A stretch of 56,503 bases of DNA, filler included, from Jimgerdemannia flammicorona (taxonomy: Eukaryota): the NCBI GenBank assembly GCA_003990765.1. It is 2 parts of 2 records of this genome, joined end to end, with 100 filler letters (N's around TTAATTAATTAA, not from the genome) between each part and the next. Parts side by side here need not be neighbours in the genome. Positions count along the whole stretch, not along the records: positions 28,313 to 56,503 come from RBNJ01000579.1; 1 more part is not named here. One strand, written 5' to 3'. Position 1 is the stretch's first letter; every line of letters starts with the position of its first letter. Of this stretch, positions 36,350 through 50,620 are shown in pieces. A program made the translations under genes and the position numbers. The notes under the pieces were generated by a model. The model ran no database searches. It was not told the origin of the DNA and worked only from the letters and a program-made list of their open reading frames with translations.

Positions 36350-37489
36350 TCACGCACATGCTCGCTGCCTGACCCACGTCTGTGTCGTGTGGTTCGTGTT
36401 GCCGATATACATATACACATGCACCAAGTCAACTGCCATGGCCGCCCCCACTTTGTCCACCGTATCTGTCGCCAACGTGCGCAGCTGGAGTAACATCTGC
36501 GTCGTCGGCACATCAACCGTTGTCTCCCATTGGAAGTGACAGTCGATGAAGAAGCGGAGATCTTCATTGGAGATAATTTGTGGCATTTCAGAGTGTGGAT
36601 AGAAGGGTTGACATGTAGAGATGAGAGGAATTTCAAAGACAGTGTTAGGACTCACTGGACGGCGTCCACTCGAGCGTAAACGTGTGAAACTTCGTTCCGT
36701 CGGTCGGGATGTTTTTGCCTTGCCAAATGTTTTCCGACGTGTAATGCGCTCCGATGGTCACCGACTGTCGATTTCCGGTGCTATATTCTGATGTGGTGTC
36801 CCGCACATCGTGTTATATGAAACAAAGGCATGTCTTTTTTTGAGCAAAAATGATATTCAAATACACACAAGAGCCAACCTCCTTCCCTTACAAAAACCTA
36901 CCCGCCAATATCACATCCTGCGGTGCCTCTTTGTCCTGCAATGGCACGAGCTCCACCACGCCCTCCCACCCCTCCCCCTTGTCGATACGCGCGTGCACCT
37001 CGTACTTGCCGTACGTAAGCGCATATTTTTCGACTACGACTACCCCACACGTGAGGTACGGGGGTTTCGATGACGGATTATTCACCACCTGCAATGAAAA
37101 GACTTGGTCTACCACGCACGCCTGCTTCGAGTAGTGTGACGTCACGTTTTTAGGGCTGGCGCTCCCTTCTGCGGAACGGGGTTGTCGGTGGAAGGAAGAA
37201 GAGGCTCGAGCAAATGAATACTAGGTGCTTCGCTGTTTCTCCGGAGCCGCTGACGTACGAAAAACCATGGACACGTACCCAGATCGTCCCACACGTCGGT
37301 GTTTAGCTTGCCCTTGTCAAACTTATCCGTCAGCACAAGCTTGTAATTCGGATCTGATGGCGACGTGACAGGTGGGGATTTTACTAGGCGGTGCTTGGAC
37401 CCGTGCGCATCTTTCGGTTTTGCCAGCGCCCAGTCAGGTGCCCACAGAAGAACCCAAAGGGCGGCAACCATCGAGAGGGCGAGCTTCAT
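36350..37489 (-). CDS. Secreted GH16 (concanavalin-like) fold protein, ~273 aa, 4 exons, degenerate catalytic motif
   Basis: Exons 37489-37279, 37168-36902, 36787-36656 and 36561-36350 join in frame (822 nt). Signal peptide; YKLVLTDKFD; TYGKYEVHARI; FHTFTLEWTP; LRFFID; MAVDLVHVY. Confidence 0.8.
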
Positions 37490-38799
37490 GGTCGTGGGGG
37501 TGGGGTGGTAGACAGGGTTGAGTCGGTGATGTTTTTATCGGCGCGTTGCGCGCGCAAAACAAAGGGGCTTTTGGAAACAAGTTCGAATATCCTGCTTTGG
37601 GCTGAGGATAGGAGAAGGAGCAATCAATAATGGGCTACCCTTGATTGAGCTTCGTCGAATTATTTAAAGTCCGTGTGACCAGATGGGCCCGTTGGCTCTT
37701 CCGACCTTATATGGGGCATGCTGCAACAAAACCAGACAAAGTGAAGATTTGACGTCAGTGCATTTAGGATGACGTTCTCTTTCTCTTTCTCCTTAGCGCT
37801 AGCATACAAATCACTATTAAGGTTATTCCTATGGAAACTAAGGTGTTTGGAATTAATCTAAGAGGAGATATTTTGCTTCGCTAATTCTTTTTCCAATTTG
37901 GCTTTTGGAGTTTTATTTCACTTTCGATAGTAAGCTCCGGATCTCGTAATTTTTCCGCTATTCGTTCATTTTCAAAAGTACCGATCATTTGTCCTCCCTC
38001 AAGCACTCTCCCATCTCTTCCCCTTCATGCTTGTCGCACATATCTAGGGAAAATAATTATTGTGAACTCAGTTTCACGATATTTAGCAGCTCAACTATGA
38101 TCAACTTGTTTTTCTTTTCTCCATATTCTTTGGCCTATTTCACCTACTTCACTTATGATAGTGAAGTCGTGAACGTTTAACTTATTTTCAAGTTCACTTA
38201 TTACTTCCTGAAATAACTGTCCTACTTGAGCTCAAGTATTAGGATCCATAGCTTTGATATCATTAGCTAAGTGGTTTTTAGTGGATAATACTATATATCC
38301 AGGATGGAGTTCATTATATAACCTAGCAATCACTTCACCTTTTTCATCAATAACATTATCCAGATTAGGTTGTAAAGCTTCCTGGACTGTTTTAGCTTGT
38401 TCAGGAGTAGTTGGCACAAAAATGTGTGGTGTTCCTATACTGCTATAGCTTTGCTTGTATTTAGGAATTATGCAAAGATAGAAATAGTTTTTATTTTGAA
38501 TATTAAGTTTTTCAGTAGATATACTAATTTGATAGCCAACAAATTGGTAAACTTTTTCAAGCTTACTAACATTATCTATAATTACTGGTAGTATGTCATT
38601 TCACTCTTGTTAGTTCATTTCTTACATATCTTTAATATATCACTTAGTAGTAAGAATTGAATGACCTTTAGTATTTAGTCTGATTTCAATATAAAAAAAG
38701 ATATTTCCTTCTAGATCTGATATTTATGACTTAAGTATTCCATCTTAATGAGATTTAACTCTATTACAGAGAATATAATCTTTTTTTCAATTATAATAT

Positions 38800-40600
38800 C
38801 ATGATTGATTCATAATAAAGTAATTTTTATAAGAAAAATATATTTATCTTTATACTGGTTTTGAGCAAGAATTCATCCTAGACAAAGGAGTAAATATTAT
38901 AATAGAGGTACTCTTAGTATTTCAATTCTATAGAAAAAGGCTTAAGTACTAAAAATAACAAGACTTTGATTTTTTCTATAGCTTAAGAAGTTGTAGATTT
39001 ACTAGTCTTCAATAACTTGAATTTCTGAAAAGGATCATTTATAATTTCTTGGACTTGGATTATTTCAGAAATTAATACTAGTGAAAAGAAAGTGCTGAAA
39101 CTTTTGTAAGCTAGATAATTTTTTGAAATAGGTTTCTAGACTACTTATAATATCATAATATTGAAAATCTTTATTACTATTATAATATTGAGTTTTATTT
39201 AGTTCAGTAATACTAGACCTTTTTATCATATCAATAATGTGATCTATATAATTTACTATAGTCTTATGATAAAGTCTTTTGATCAAGCCAAAGTTACTAT
39301 TATACTTGAATTTGGTATAATCCAGAACTATAAAGTTCAATTTAATACTTTTATAATAGCTAGCAATTACTAAATATAAGTAAAACCAAAGAGTAGCATT
39401 GTTCTTGTTTTGTTTTTTTATATTATCACAGATAATCTTTAAGTGCTTTTCACCTATATTCAATTATTTAATTCTATTGAAGACTAAACTAAGAGTACTA
39501 TTGAGACCCTTTCTAAGCACTTCATTCTCATCTAGTATATAATTAAGTTACTTATATACCATCTTATCCTAGATATCAAAAAGATGTACTTTCTGAGTAC
39601 TAAGATAATATACTTTACTAATTTGTTAATCTGAATAGAGCATATGAATATTTTGTACTCAATTATAACTATAATGAGTAATAGTATCAATACTATAATA
39701 TAATATCTTGTCTTTTTCTATAAAATGATTCTGGTTGACAAGTTATCTTTATTCTTTCACTAATTTGGTATTTTTGTTATAATAGTTTCATTCTAACTTA
39801 GCTTTGGCTAGATACTCTTTATATGTATCTTTTTAATAAATCCTGGGTCTCTTTCTCTTTATGGGCTTTGAATTACAAGTTATTCTATAAGTATTAGCAA
39901 GTATTATATAAATCAGTTCTGGGACTCATGATTTGGATATATAGAGTCAACTGATACCATAATTTATAAAAAGCATCATATTTAAGGGCACCTAGATTGC
40001 TATCTTCCAGACTACTAAAAAGTTCTAGTAAATAAACTTGTAGCTCATTTCTACAGATAAAATAATAATTAATTAGATAACTCAATTAATATTTCTGACT
40101 AGACTAGATAATATATGAACTTCAGCATAGTTTAAAAGAAAATTATTAATAGTAATGGTAACAGTATAGTTAATCATTATTTTAGTTTTTCACTTAGACA
40201 TTTTTTTAGTATTACTATAGAGCTATGAGAGAAGACCATTTTTTAGTAGATGATTTTATATATTCTCAAAATATAAGAGAGGTACTTATAAAAATACTAT
40301 TACATAGTTCTAAAGGAGTTTTCTGAAAGTTCTAGATATTCTAGAAGACTGTTTTCTTAAGGTCAAGATTAATTTTATATAGAGTATATTCTCTATACTT
40401 ATTGATTTTAAGATTAAGTTAATGTTTCAATCAAAGTTCTTTTTCAGACTTATTCTGGATATTTAAAATTTTCTATATTTCAGGAAGTTTAAAAACTAAG
40501 ACTAGCTTAGTTGAATTGTTATATTGCTGCAGACAATACACAATTAGAAAATTTTATAACATAGTTAGAAGTAGAATCTAATAAAGTTCAGATTTACTTA
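38800..40600 (-). mobile_element. Decayed Sola/DUF7869-like DDD transposase remnant
   Basis: 'ICDNIKKQNKNN...NFIVLDYTKFKYNSNFGLIK' resembles the DNCxGQNKN...FxxxGHTK..D..FG motif. Many stops, CpG-depleted. Confidence 0.6.
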
Positions 40601-41699
40601 AGAGTAGTTTATGAGTTATTAAATAGATTTATTTGTTATTCATAATATTGCTATACTAGGAGTAGTTATATAAAGAGATATTGTGTAGAAGTATTCAGGA
40701 GTTCTTGTATGTTCAGATTATTCAAGTTTATTATTTAAGTCTATTTTTCTGAGATCTGAGAGAGGGGATATTTATACTAATGAGAGGCTATCTGAACTAT
40801 ACTAAATATAGATATAGCACTTAGTATCTTATTGAGTCAGAATACAGCCACATAGTATATAAGTATGAACTGATATATCAAGAGATTATCTGACTGCTGA
40901 GTCAGTATATAGTAATATTATATGAGACTAATCTAACTATACTAATAATGGCTAAGCTATTTATAGATTTAGACACTGTCTGAGTAGTCTTTGATGAGAT
41001 TACTATTGATGACATCATCTTTAGTAAAGTCTGAACAGTTTTCTAACTTCTGATATCATCAGTTTCTAAGATGTTATTACTTCTACCTTTTATAAAATTA
41101 AAGCTATCTTTGGCAAAGATGGTTGCACAGGAATAGTAGGTCTTGGTTCTCTTTTTTTTTAGACTATTGGTACATTTGTGAGAACTAGCCATTCTTGTCT
41201 AAAGCAAGTGCTCTTATTGTTATAGCTAGGGGTTCAAACCTCTCAGAAATAATATTTTCTATAATCTGAGGCAATTTCTAGTAGCAATATCTGTTATATG
41301 AATGGGCTTGAGATTGGTTTCAACAATATCAGCTTTCTTGAATTCAGATAAAACATCTGTTATTCTCCAATATAGGTGATACAGATAGAGTAAATAGAGT
41401 TATTCAAATATGTTTTACTTCTACTAAGTAATAAGATCTTATATAATTGTAGTATATCTTAGTTTTAAGTTGGTAAGTGTGGTTTGTAAACCTCTGATAA
41501 ATGAGATAGAGTTCTTCTTATTTTGGTTTGAGTTTGATACTTTAGTTTTCTTTTATAATAGTATAGTATACCAAGACTAATTGTCTTAATAAGTAGAGAT
41601 TCAGAGTCAGTCTTATGGTTATAGTACTTTTTCTAATATTCTTATATCTTGGCAGTAAGTTCCTGTGCTTGCTGGTATATTTTATATAACCAGGTGATC

Positions 41700-44625
41700 T
41701 CTATCAGGCCTTTCTCCAGTAATATTTAGATTATACAAACTTCTAACAATACTCAAGATATCATTTTTAGAGACAAGATACTAGTAATATGGTAACTGTT
41801 GAGTATTCTGAGGTATGTACTAGACAGAGTGGGCTTAGTGAATTTGACTAGCAGCATGTGAGAAGAAGTTATAGCTTAGGAGAAAGCATGAGAGACTTAT
41901 TGGCTAGAGAATATAGGAGGGGAGAGAGCAGTACTGGGGATCAGAGAACAGAGAGGATGAGCTTTGTGAATAAGGTGAAGAGAAGATAACTAATAGTGAC
42001 AACTGGGCTGGAGAGCTGGCTACAGAAGAGCAAAGAGATGATGAGAGCTCTAAGCTCTGCTGGAGTAGCCCAGAGTAGCAAGAGCAGTAGAGCTGAGAGA
42101 GTAGTGGCTGAGAGGAATAGGACTACTGATAGAGAGGGGACTGCTAATCTGGAAAAAAATCCAGATATGACAGCTGATAGTAGATCAGAACTGAGGATGG
42201 GTATGAGGCCCAGAAATCTGATAGATAGTGTGACAGATCTAGTGATAGTACTGTTACTCAAGAAATCAAGGTCAGAATTTACTATCACATTGTATTTCCA
42301 GAGCTTAGTAGTGACCATGAGAATGATTCTGAAACTTCTGGCCCAGAAGGTAAAGAGGGTTACTTCAGTGAAGTTTTTAAAGAGAAAGAAAGAAGTGAAG
42401 GTCAGATTTGAGAGAGAGAAGATACTGTTGGAGGTAATAGAAAAGAGAGTGGTAGTGGGAAGGGTGACAATCTCTATGGCCTAGTGTTTGTACTAAGACC
42501 TATGAGTAGTATAGCTAATAGTATTAGATATTCTAATGGTATCAAGGAAAATAGCCAGAGAGTTTATTGTAGAGGCTGTCAAGGAGTATAGAGAGATCAT
42601 AAATATTGAATTTAGGGTATGGGAAGGTACTGAACTCAGAACTGGAGATGTAGATATCAGGGTATGGCTGATAGATAAGGAGAATATAGAGAAGACAAGA
42701 GACTGGCCAGCAGTTCTCAAGTAGGAACTGGTAGAGTATAAGGTCTCATGAGTGAAAAAAATATAGAAGAAAGAAGAGGACTTATTGAAGATATTGAAGG
42801 ACCAGACTGGAGCTATGAAGAGGAGGAGACTGGCCTAGAAGGAGTATGAGATCAGAATGATTGTGAAGATTATTAATGGCAAGAAGGTGCAGATGGATCA
42901 GATGGCCTAGAAGTGGGCACAAGAGAGGCAGATTCAGAAGGATCTGTTAGTAAAGTTGGGGGGAGGGAGATGGTAGTAGAGGAGACTACTGTTGGAGATA
43001 CTGATTCAAGAGTAAGTGCCTGGACAGGAAAGAAGAGGGTGGCACCAGAAGTGATCCAGAGAGAGAGAGGTAGTGTGGATCTGAGCATCATAGTGGAGAA
43101 TGCCAAAATGGTTGAGGGAGAGTACTCTCAGTATAGAGTACCAAGTGGGACTACTGGGGAGAATGAACTGCAGGATATACTAGAGGAGGAGTGAGATGAG
43201 TCAGCAAGGAGGAGTACTGAAGAGGGTCAGACAGAGGGGGTAGAGGGAGTAGTTTAGAGAGTTGAGGAGATTGTAGATGAGGAGAAGTGACTGTAGAAAG
43301 TATTGGAGAGTGTGATGGCTAAGGAGCTAGAGAGAGAGGACTTTTGGGTACTGAGTGAGAGATATTGAGAGGAAATTCTATAAGGTGAGAAAGTGCTAAG
43401 GAAAATCAGAGATGAGATAATAGTGGTACTCTTGGAGGCAGAGACTTATCAAGTAGATAATAGCAGAGAGGCAGCACTTCAGATAATTGCAAATAATTGA
43501 GTAGCTTATATGTAGGGTTTAAGGAAGAGGCTGGAAAAGTGGTAAGTAGTGTGTGAGGAGTATCAGATAGAGATGGAGGCTGTAGATGAGATGGATTATT
43601 AGAAGATCTTGATAGCAATAGATACTCAGCAGATAGAGGCAGATAAGATTGAGGCAGAGAGGAACTTGGATCTTATAGATGAAGAGATGAGTATGGAATA
43701 TTAGAGTAGACACTTCTTCTCCAAATATTTATTCAATATGAACAGTACAACTAGGATTTTTTCTCTAAATATCAATGGATTGTAGGGTATGATGAGATAT
43801 TGAAATATTTTTAGTTGATTGAAGAGACTGAATGCAAAATTTTTTTTATTACAGGATGTGGATTATTATGAGGACTTGAACTTATAGAACTGGATAAGAG
43901 AATGGAGAGGTGTGGTAGTATGGAAGGGTTGGGTGAGTATTTTAGTAAAGAAGGGAGAGGGAGATATTGAGAATATTGGACATTGGGAGAGCAGATTGGT
44001 GTGAGGAGTATAGAGGAGGCCAGGTTGAAGTCTCTTAACTATTGGGTCATATTATTGTCCAGCAGAAAGAGAGGAATGAGTAAATTGAGTCTAGAGATTG
44101 CAAGAGGCTGGTTTTCTGACAAATATGAGGATTAACTGTCTAGGGAGTGACTTTAATATAATATATAATAGTAAGATAGACAGGACTAATAGAGGAAGAG
44201 AAATTGTAGACAAAAGTGAAAGTATAGAATATTGGAAGAAGATTGAGAGACTGAGTTCTTTGATAGATGTAGAGTGACTTGAGTGAGCAGATCACAGAGT
44301 ATATACTCACTGGATGGTAGAGCTAGGATCAAGGATTGACTGAGTACTGATAGCTGCATACTGGGGTGCTGTATGAGATCAAGACTATCTGATATCCTTA
44401 GTCAGATCATTGAGGTTTGCAGAGTAGTGAGAGGTTTGGGGGTAGTGGGGATGAGTCTCATTGCTGGGAGATAGTATATTATGGGATGAATGGGTGATAG
44501 TTACTAGTGTAAAGATTATTAGCTAGAGGGCCCAGAGGTTGGAGATTGGAGACTATTGGCAGTGGCTGAAATCTGATACTCAGAGATATTAGAGTAAAGC
44601 TGAGAGAGAGAGAGGAGCTCAAATA
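41700..44625 (+). mobile_element. Degenerate LINE, copy 1 (ORF1 and APE endonuclease; ends where copy 2 begins)
   Basis: Colinear with 44630-47550; APE relics FSLNINGL, FFLLQ, LGSDFN, SRID. Confidence 0.8.
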
Positions 44626-44629
44626 CCTT

Positions 44630-47600
44630 TTACCAGTAATATTCAGGTGACATAAGATTCTGACAACACTTTTTGCAATATTTTTGGTAAAAGAAGACTA
44701 GCAACATAGACAGCAATGAACATACTGGTAAGTGTATAGACCAGGGGAGCAGCAGTGCCTTCGACTAGTAGCATGTAGGGAGGAGGCAGAGCAACAGTTT
44801 GGAGATACCAGAACCTTTCATGGCTGGCCACAGCACTGATAGCAGAGGGAGAGGTAGATTGAGGCAATAAAGAGGGGGGAGGATGACCTTTGCAGACAAG
44901 ATCAAGATAGGGAGAATGGTATCTGGTCTGGATAGTTAGTTGGGACTGAGAAAGGTATCAATAGCTTCAGTAGGGGGACAGAAAGAGGCCCCATGGGAGG
45001 GTCAGACAGTAGGAGAGGGGGAGGAGTAGGGGCTAGATATGTGACTGCTAATAGAGCTGTAACTGGGGATCTGGAGAAAAATCCAGATGTGATAATTGCT
45101 GGTAGTTCAGGACTGAGGGAGGATATGAGGCCTGGGGACCTGACAGATGGCATGATGGATATGGTGTTAGCACCATTACTCAAAAAGTCAAGGTCAGAAT
45201 TTACCATCACATTGTGCTTCTGGGGCTTAGTAGTGACTGCAAGGATGATCTTGAGACTGGTGGTACAGGAGGTGAAGGGGGCAGCTTCGGTGTAGTTCTT
45301 GAAGGAGAAATAAGGAGTTGAGATTGGATTTGAGAGAGAGGTATTACTGTTGGAGACAGTGGAGAAGGGGGTAGTAGTGGGTGGAGTGGTAGTCTCTATA
45401 GCCAGATGTATATACTGGGACCCTCAAGTGGTATAGTTGACAGTGTTGAATCTTCTGATGGTGTCAAGGAAGAGGGCCAGAGAGCTGATTGTGGAGGTGG
45501 TCAAGGAGTATAGGGAGATTGTGGACATCAGGTTCAGGGTCTAGGAGGGTACTGAACTCAGAACAGGAGATATCAATATCAGGGTAAGGCTGGCTGGAAG
45601 GAAGAATATGGAGAAGACAAGGGATGAGCCTACAACTCTTAAGTAGAGACTAGTTGAGTACAAGGTTTCAAGGGTGAAGAAGATGTCAGAGGAAGAGGAA
45701 GACTTGCTGGAGGCTCTGGAGGATCTGGCAGGAGCAGTAGAGAGGAGGAGATTGACTTAGAAAGAGTATGAAACCAAGATAGTAGTGGTGATTGTTGATG
45801 AAAAGAGGATCAGGAAGGATTGGGTGGCCTGAGAGAAGGAGCAGGGGAGGTGAATTCAGAAGGAGCTGTTGGAGAAGTTGGAAGGGGGGACAGCAGACAG
45901 TAGTATAGGTGGAGGGGGTATCAGACTGATGGTGAATACTTGGGCTGGAGAGCAGGAGATGGTCCAGGATGCAGCCTAGGGCAGATCAAGCATAGAGGGG
46001 CTGGGCAGTGTAGTGGAGGATACCAAAATGAGGGAGGAAGCCCACTCTCAGTATGGTGTCCTAAGTAGGGCAGGGGGTGAGGAGGAACTACTAGATATAC
46101 TGGAGGAGGAGTGGGATGAGTCAGGGAGGAGGAGTGCCTTGGTGGACCCTGTGGTGGAGGTTGAGGGAGTTGCCCAGAGTATTGCTGAGGCAGTGAATAA
46201 AGAGAAGTGGCTGTGGAAGACTCTGGAAGGGGTAGTGGCTAAGGAGCTAGAAGAAGAGGACTTCAGGGTCCTAAGTGATTGGCATTGAGAGGAAATTCTT
46301 CATAGGGAGGAGGTGCTAAGAAAGATTAGGAATGAGATCCTGGTAGTGCTCTTAGAGTCAGAGGAATATCAAGTTGATGATCAGAGAGAGGAGACCCTCT
46401 AAGAGATTGCAAATGACTGAGCAGCATACTTGTGAAATTCAAGGAAGGGGGTAGAGAAGTGAAGAGTGGTATGCATGGACTATCAGACTGAAATAGAGGT
46501 TGTGGATAGGGTGGAGTGTCAGGAAATATTAGAAGCACTGGATGCTCAGGCTGTCATGGAGGATGAGGTGGAGGCAGAGAGATGGGCAGATCTTGCTAGT
46601 GATGAGATGAGTATAGAATTCTAGACTGGGCTCTCATTATCAAATATTTTTCAATATGAATAGTACAACTAGAATCTTTTCTTTGAATGTGAATGGGTTG
46701 AGGGGTGCAGCACAGTAAAGAAATTTCTTTGGCTGATTGAAGGAACTAGATGTAGATCTTTTCTTACTACAGAATGTGTGGTTTGAGGCCAATATGGATT
46801 TTCAGAACTAGACTAGAGAATGGGGTGGGGCAGCAGTGTAGATTGGGCAGGTGGACATTCTGGTTTGTAAATGGATGGAGGATATTAGAGATATTGGACA
46901 TTGGGGGAGTAGACTGGTGTAGGGAGTGTGGACAAGGCCAGGGTGGAACCCCTTAATGGTTGGGTCTTGTTATTGCCCAGCTGAGAGAGAAGAATATATA
47001 GATTAGATCAGAGGCTTATGAGAGGCTGAAGTTATGAAAGAGGCAGGGATTGATTGTCTAGGGGGTGATTTCAACATAGTTCATAATGGCAGGATGGATA
47101 GGACTGATGGCAGAAGAGATATGAGAGGTAGAAGTGGCAGATTGGACAATTGGATGGAGATCGAGAGATTGAGCTCCTTGGTTGATATGGGGTAGCTTTG
47201 GGTGGATCACTAAATTTATACTCACTGGGTGGCCAGACTGGGCTCTAGGATCAACTAGATGTTGACAGCAGAGTGCTGGGAGTGAATATCTGGAACATAC
47301 TAGAAGTGGTCTAGTGCCCATGGTCAGATCACTATGGTCTGATAGGGTGTAGGAGATTTGGGGGAAGTGGGGATAGGCCTGGATATTGGCAACTGAATTC
47401 TTTCTTATTGGAGGAGAGTTCTTTGTAGGCAGACTGGGAGGTGGAAGTTGTGGAAAAGATTGGTAGGTGGTGGGAGTGGGAATTGGAGATTGGGGATTAC
47501 TGGCAGTGGCTGAAATTGAGTACTCAGAGGTATTGAAGGGAGGCAGAGAGGGAAAGAAGTGCCCAGTGGAGACAGTAAGTGCAATGGGCTTCACAAAGAT

Positions 47601-49227
47601 TGGTGGCACTTCTAGGAAGATGGGCGGGGTCACTGGAGAATTTGGGGGTAGCCGATTGGTGAATTTTACAGATACAAAAGAAAGTGGAATGAGCTAAAAA
47701 AAGTACTATGAATGGAGAAAGAGGTTCAGCTGAAAGGAATGGTAGTGAGGCTGTGGTGGTAGGGATTGAAAGAGAGGAAGAGACCCACTAGGTTTCTTTT
47801 GAGGATACTCCAAGTTCAGAGAACCAGACAGTGGTGAGATGGTATTCTGGAGAAGGATGGGGAGATGGTGGTGGAGACTCCTAAGATTCTGAGATTGCTG
47901 TGAGATCACTAGGGAAATTTATAAAGAGATGAAGAAGGGGGTGAGAGTGTCCTGGATATTGAATGGAAGTTGGAGAATTGATATCTGGACCTAACACTGG
48001 GCCTGGGGACCCTAGGTGACCCTATGCAGAGAGGAGAGGTGTGTAAGGTCTTGGCTTTGACAAGCAAGAGAACAGCTCCAGGTGAGGATGGACTTTACTA
48101 GAATTTTTAGAAGAAGATAGCTGAGGTGGAGATAGTATTGAAGGAGATGATGATAATGTGTGATGAGGTACTTTGATCTGGAAATTGGATTGGGGGCCAG
48201 CACCTAGGGCTGGTTTCCTTGCTCTATAAAGATAAGGAGAGAAGAGAAGATTGGAGAAATTGGTGGCCAATCATGCTCCTTGATATGGACCACAAGCTGG
48301 TGACAAAGATCTTGGTGAATAGGTTGCAGGGGGTTGCTCAGCAGGTACTAGGAATAGAGCAGAGGGGATTTGTTGGTGGCCAGTTGATCTGAGATAGAAC
48401 TGCTTAGGTCTATGGAGTAATTAAAGGGCCTTAGGCAGCTGGGGTAGATGGACAGTTAGTGTTTCTGGATCAGGAGAAGGCATATGACAGAGTGAGAAGG
48501 GTCTGGCTAGAGGGAGTGCTGAAATGTGTGGGAATTCTCCCAGAGTTCAGAAGATCATTAATCAGTCTATTAGAGAACAGTTAAGCAGCATTAGTAGTAT
48601 ATAAATGGACACAGAGGTGTAACTTTTCTGCTAGGTCATAGAGTACTACAAGGGTATCCTTTATCATCCATCCTATATACCCTTTCCTTGAAGTCCCTAT
48701 TGGATGGAATTCAGTATCAAATTGGGGGTTTGGACATTTTGGAGATTAACTGGAGGTTTGGGGCCTTTGTAGATAATATGGTAGTAGGACTGAATTTATT
48801 AGCAGATATAGAGGAATTGAGGAGGACTGTGGAATAGTATGAGAAAGGCTTAGGTACATGACTCAACTGGCACAAATGTGAGACCCTGATGCTTGGTGGC
48901 AGAATAGTTGGTAGTAATATAATTGGAATAGTAGTACCCATAGAAGAACCAGTCCAGTACTTAGAGATATACTTTTTGGTATATGGGTCCCTTCTGCTCC
49001 ATGCATAGTAGGAACAGCAGCTACTAGTATGGGGGAATGTTCTCTTGAGATAGGGTGGTCAGCATATATCCTTAGTAGGAAGAGTGATGGTGCTGAATGT
49101 GTATTGGTTGCTAAAGTTGTAGTATATGGGGTACCATCTGAACTTTTCAGCATAGATGGTCAGGCAACTTCTGAAGATAGCAAGATTATGGATTTGGACT
49201 GGGTGGTGAAGTCAAATAGGCTGGGAG
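44630..49227 (+). mobile_element. Degenerate L1/Tx1-like LINE, copy 2 (ORF1, APE, RT), interrupted at 49228
   Basis: APE FSLNVNGL, LGGDFN. RT relics NWWPIMLL, KLVTKILVNRL, EQRGFV, FLDQEKAYDRV, LQGYPLSSILY, AFVDNM. Confidence 0.85.
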
Positions 49228-49470
49228 TAGTGCTCTGAATGAATGGAGTTGATCCAGATGAGATTCGATTCAGGTTTGTCATATGATGGATTTGAATCAA
49301 CTTGGATTGATCTTGTGATCTGATCCAGATTGATCTGGATTGATCCAGATTGATCCATCTGGATTTGATCCATCTGGATAATCCATCCAGATTGATCTAT
49401 CTGGATTGATCCATCCAGATGATCCATCCAGATTGATCCATCCAGATTGATCCATCTGGATTAAAATCTT
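49228..49470. mobile_element. hAT-type terminus (TAGTGCTCT) with palindromic GATCCA/TGGATT subterminal repeats
   Basis: Shares TAGTGCTCT with the MITE at 50621 and cuts the LINE RT region abruptly. Confidence 0.65.
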
Positions 49471-50620
49471 TGATGATATCACCCTTTCTTTTATTCATTT
49501 CACTCTTGTTTTTTTTTTTTTTCTTTTCCATTTTTGTTACATCCCCCTTTTCTTTTTTTCCCTTTTTTTTTTTTTTTTTTTTCCTGTCACACTTTGGTAA
49601 CATCACCCTTTCCTTTTGTTCCCTTTCTTTTCTTTGTTCTTTTTCTTTATTCTTTCCTGCTGTATCATGAGCAAACAAAATAGTAGCCCTTAATTTGTAC
49701 ATTGGTCCAGTCTACTCATTTTTTACCCTGCAATAATCATCAAAAGAAGGAGTATTCGAGGTAGAAATGCACTCTCTGCTGATAATGTTAGATTCTTTCT
49801 CATATGGGCAGTACACAAGCTACTCATTAAGAGCCAAAGGGGTAATGGCAGTAACAATGGTAATGATGACAGTGACAGCAATGGCAGAGATGAGAGTGAA
49901 TTCTGGCAACAACTCATAGTGGCCCTTCAGACCTCAGAATTCACAGACCTCATAGCTATATATGTAGTAGCCTTTTTGGAGCAGCTAGTAGTGGATGTAG
50001 GTTGCTTTTTTCTGTTGCTACTTTTTACTTATTTAAATTTCCCCAGTATGATTCGATTCATCTCATGCTCTTCTTAGAGTTCATAGCTCTACAGCAAGAT
50101 CTGCTGACTTTATTTGCAATATCTGGTCAAGATGAAGAAAGGTCAGAGGATGTTTCAGAGCATGCCTTTGGTGGCTAAGCTGTTGAGTCAATATATCATA
50201 TAGTAGAGGTCTCAAAAGGAACAGAAGCAAGCCTTCATGAGCAATCTTATACAACTCATACAACTCATGCAACTTGTTGGTGTGTAACTCATCAGCATGC
50301 AGCTCACTCACTTATGCTCTTTTTCTGAAATACCCATCTCCATGTTTTATTTAATTTCATTTTTTATGTGATCTCCCCCTAAAAAACACTCACACCCACA
50401 CACAACCTGCCCATATGTAACTTGCCCGCATGCAACCTATCTGTATGCAACCTGTCTACATACAACCTGTCTACATGCAACCCATCTGCACACTTATCTC
50501 AATCTCTCAGATCAGGGCTCAGTTCCATTAGAAAGAAGAGTTCAAAGTTACCTGAGTTCAACCATGTCTGGCATTTGATCAAATAGAGAAATTTGAGGGC
50601 AAGATGTTCAGCATGAGCAG

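Noticed and set aside
33543..36493. Plus-strand ORFs of 110-200 aa
   Set aside because: They are antisense shadows of GC-rich Rad4 and GH16 exons with no recognisable domains.
41941..47697. Scattered 60-190 aa ORFs as host genes
   Set aside because: They are fragments or antisense frames of the degenerate LINE copies.
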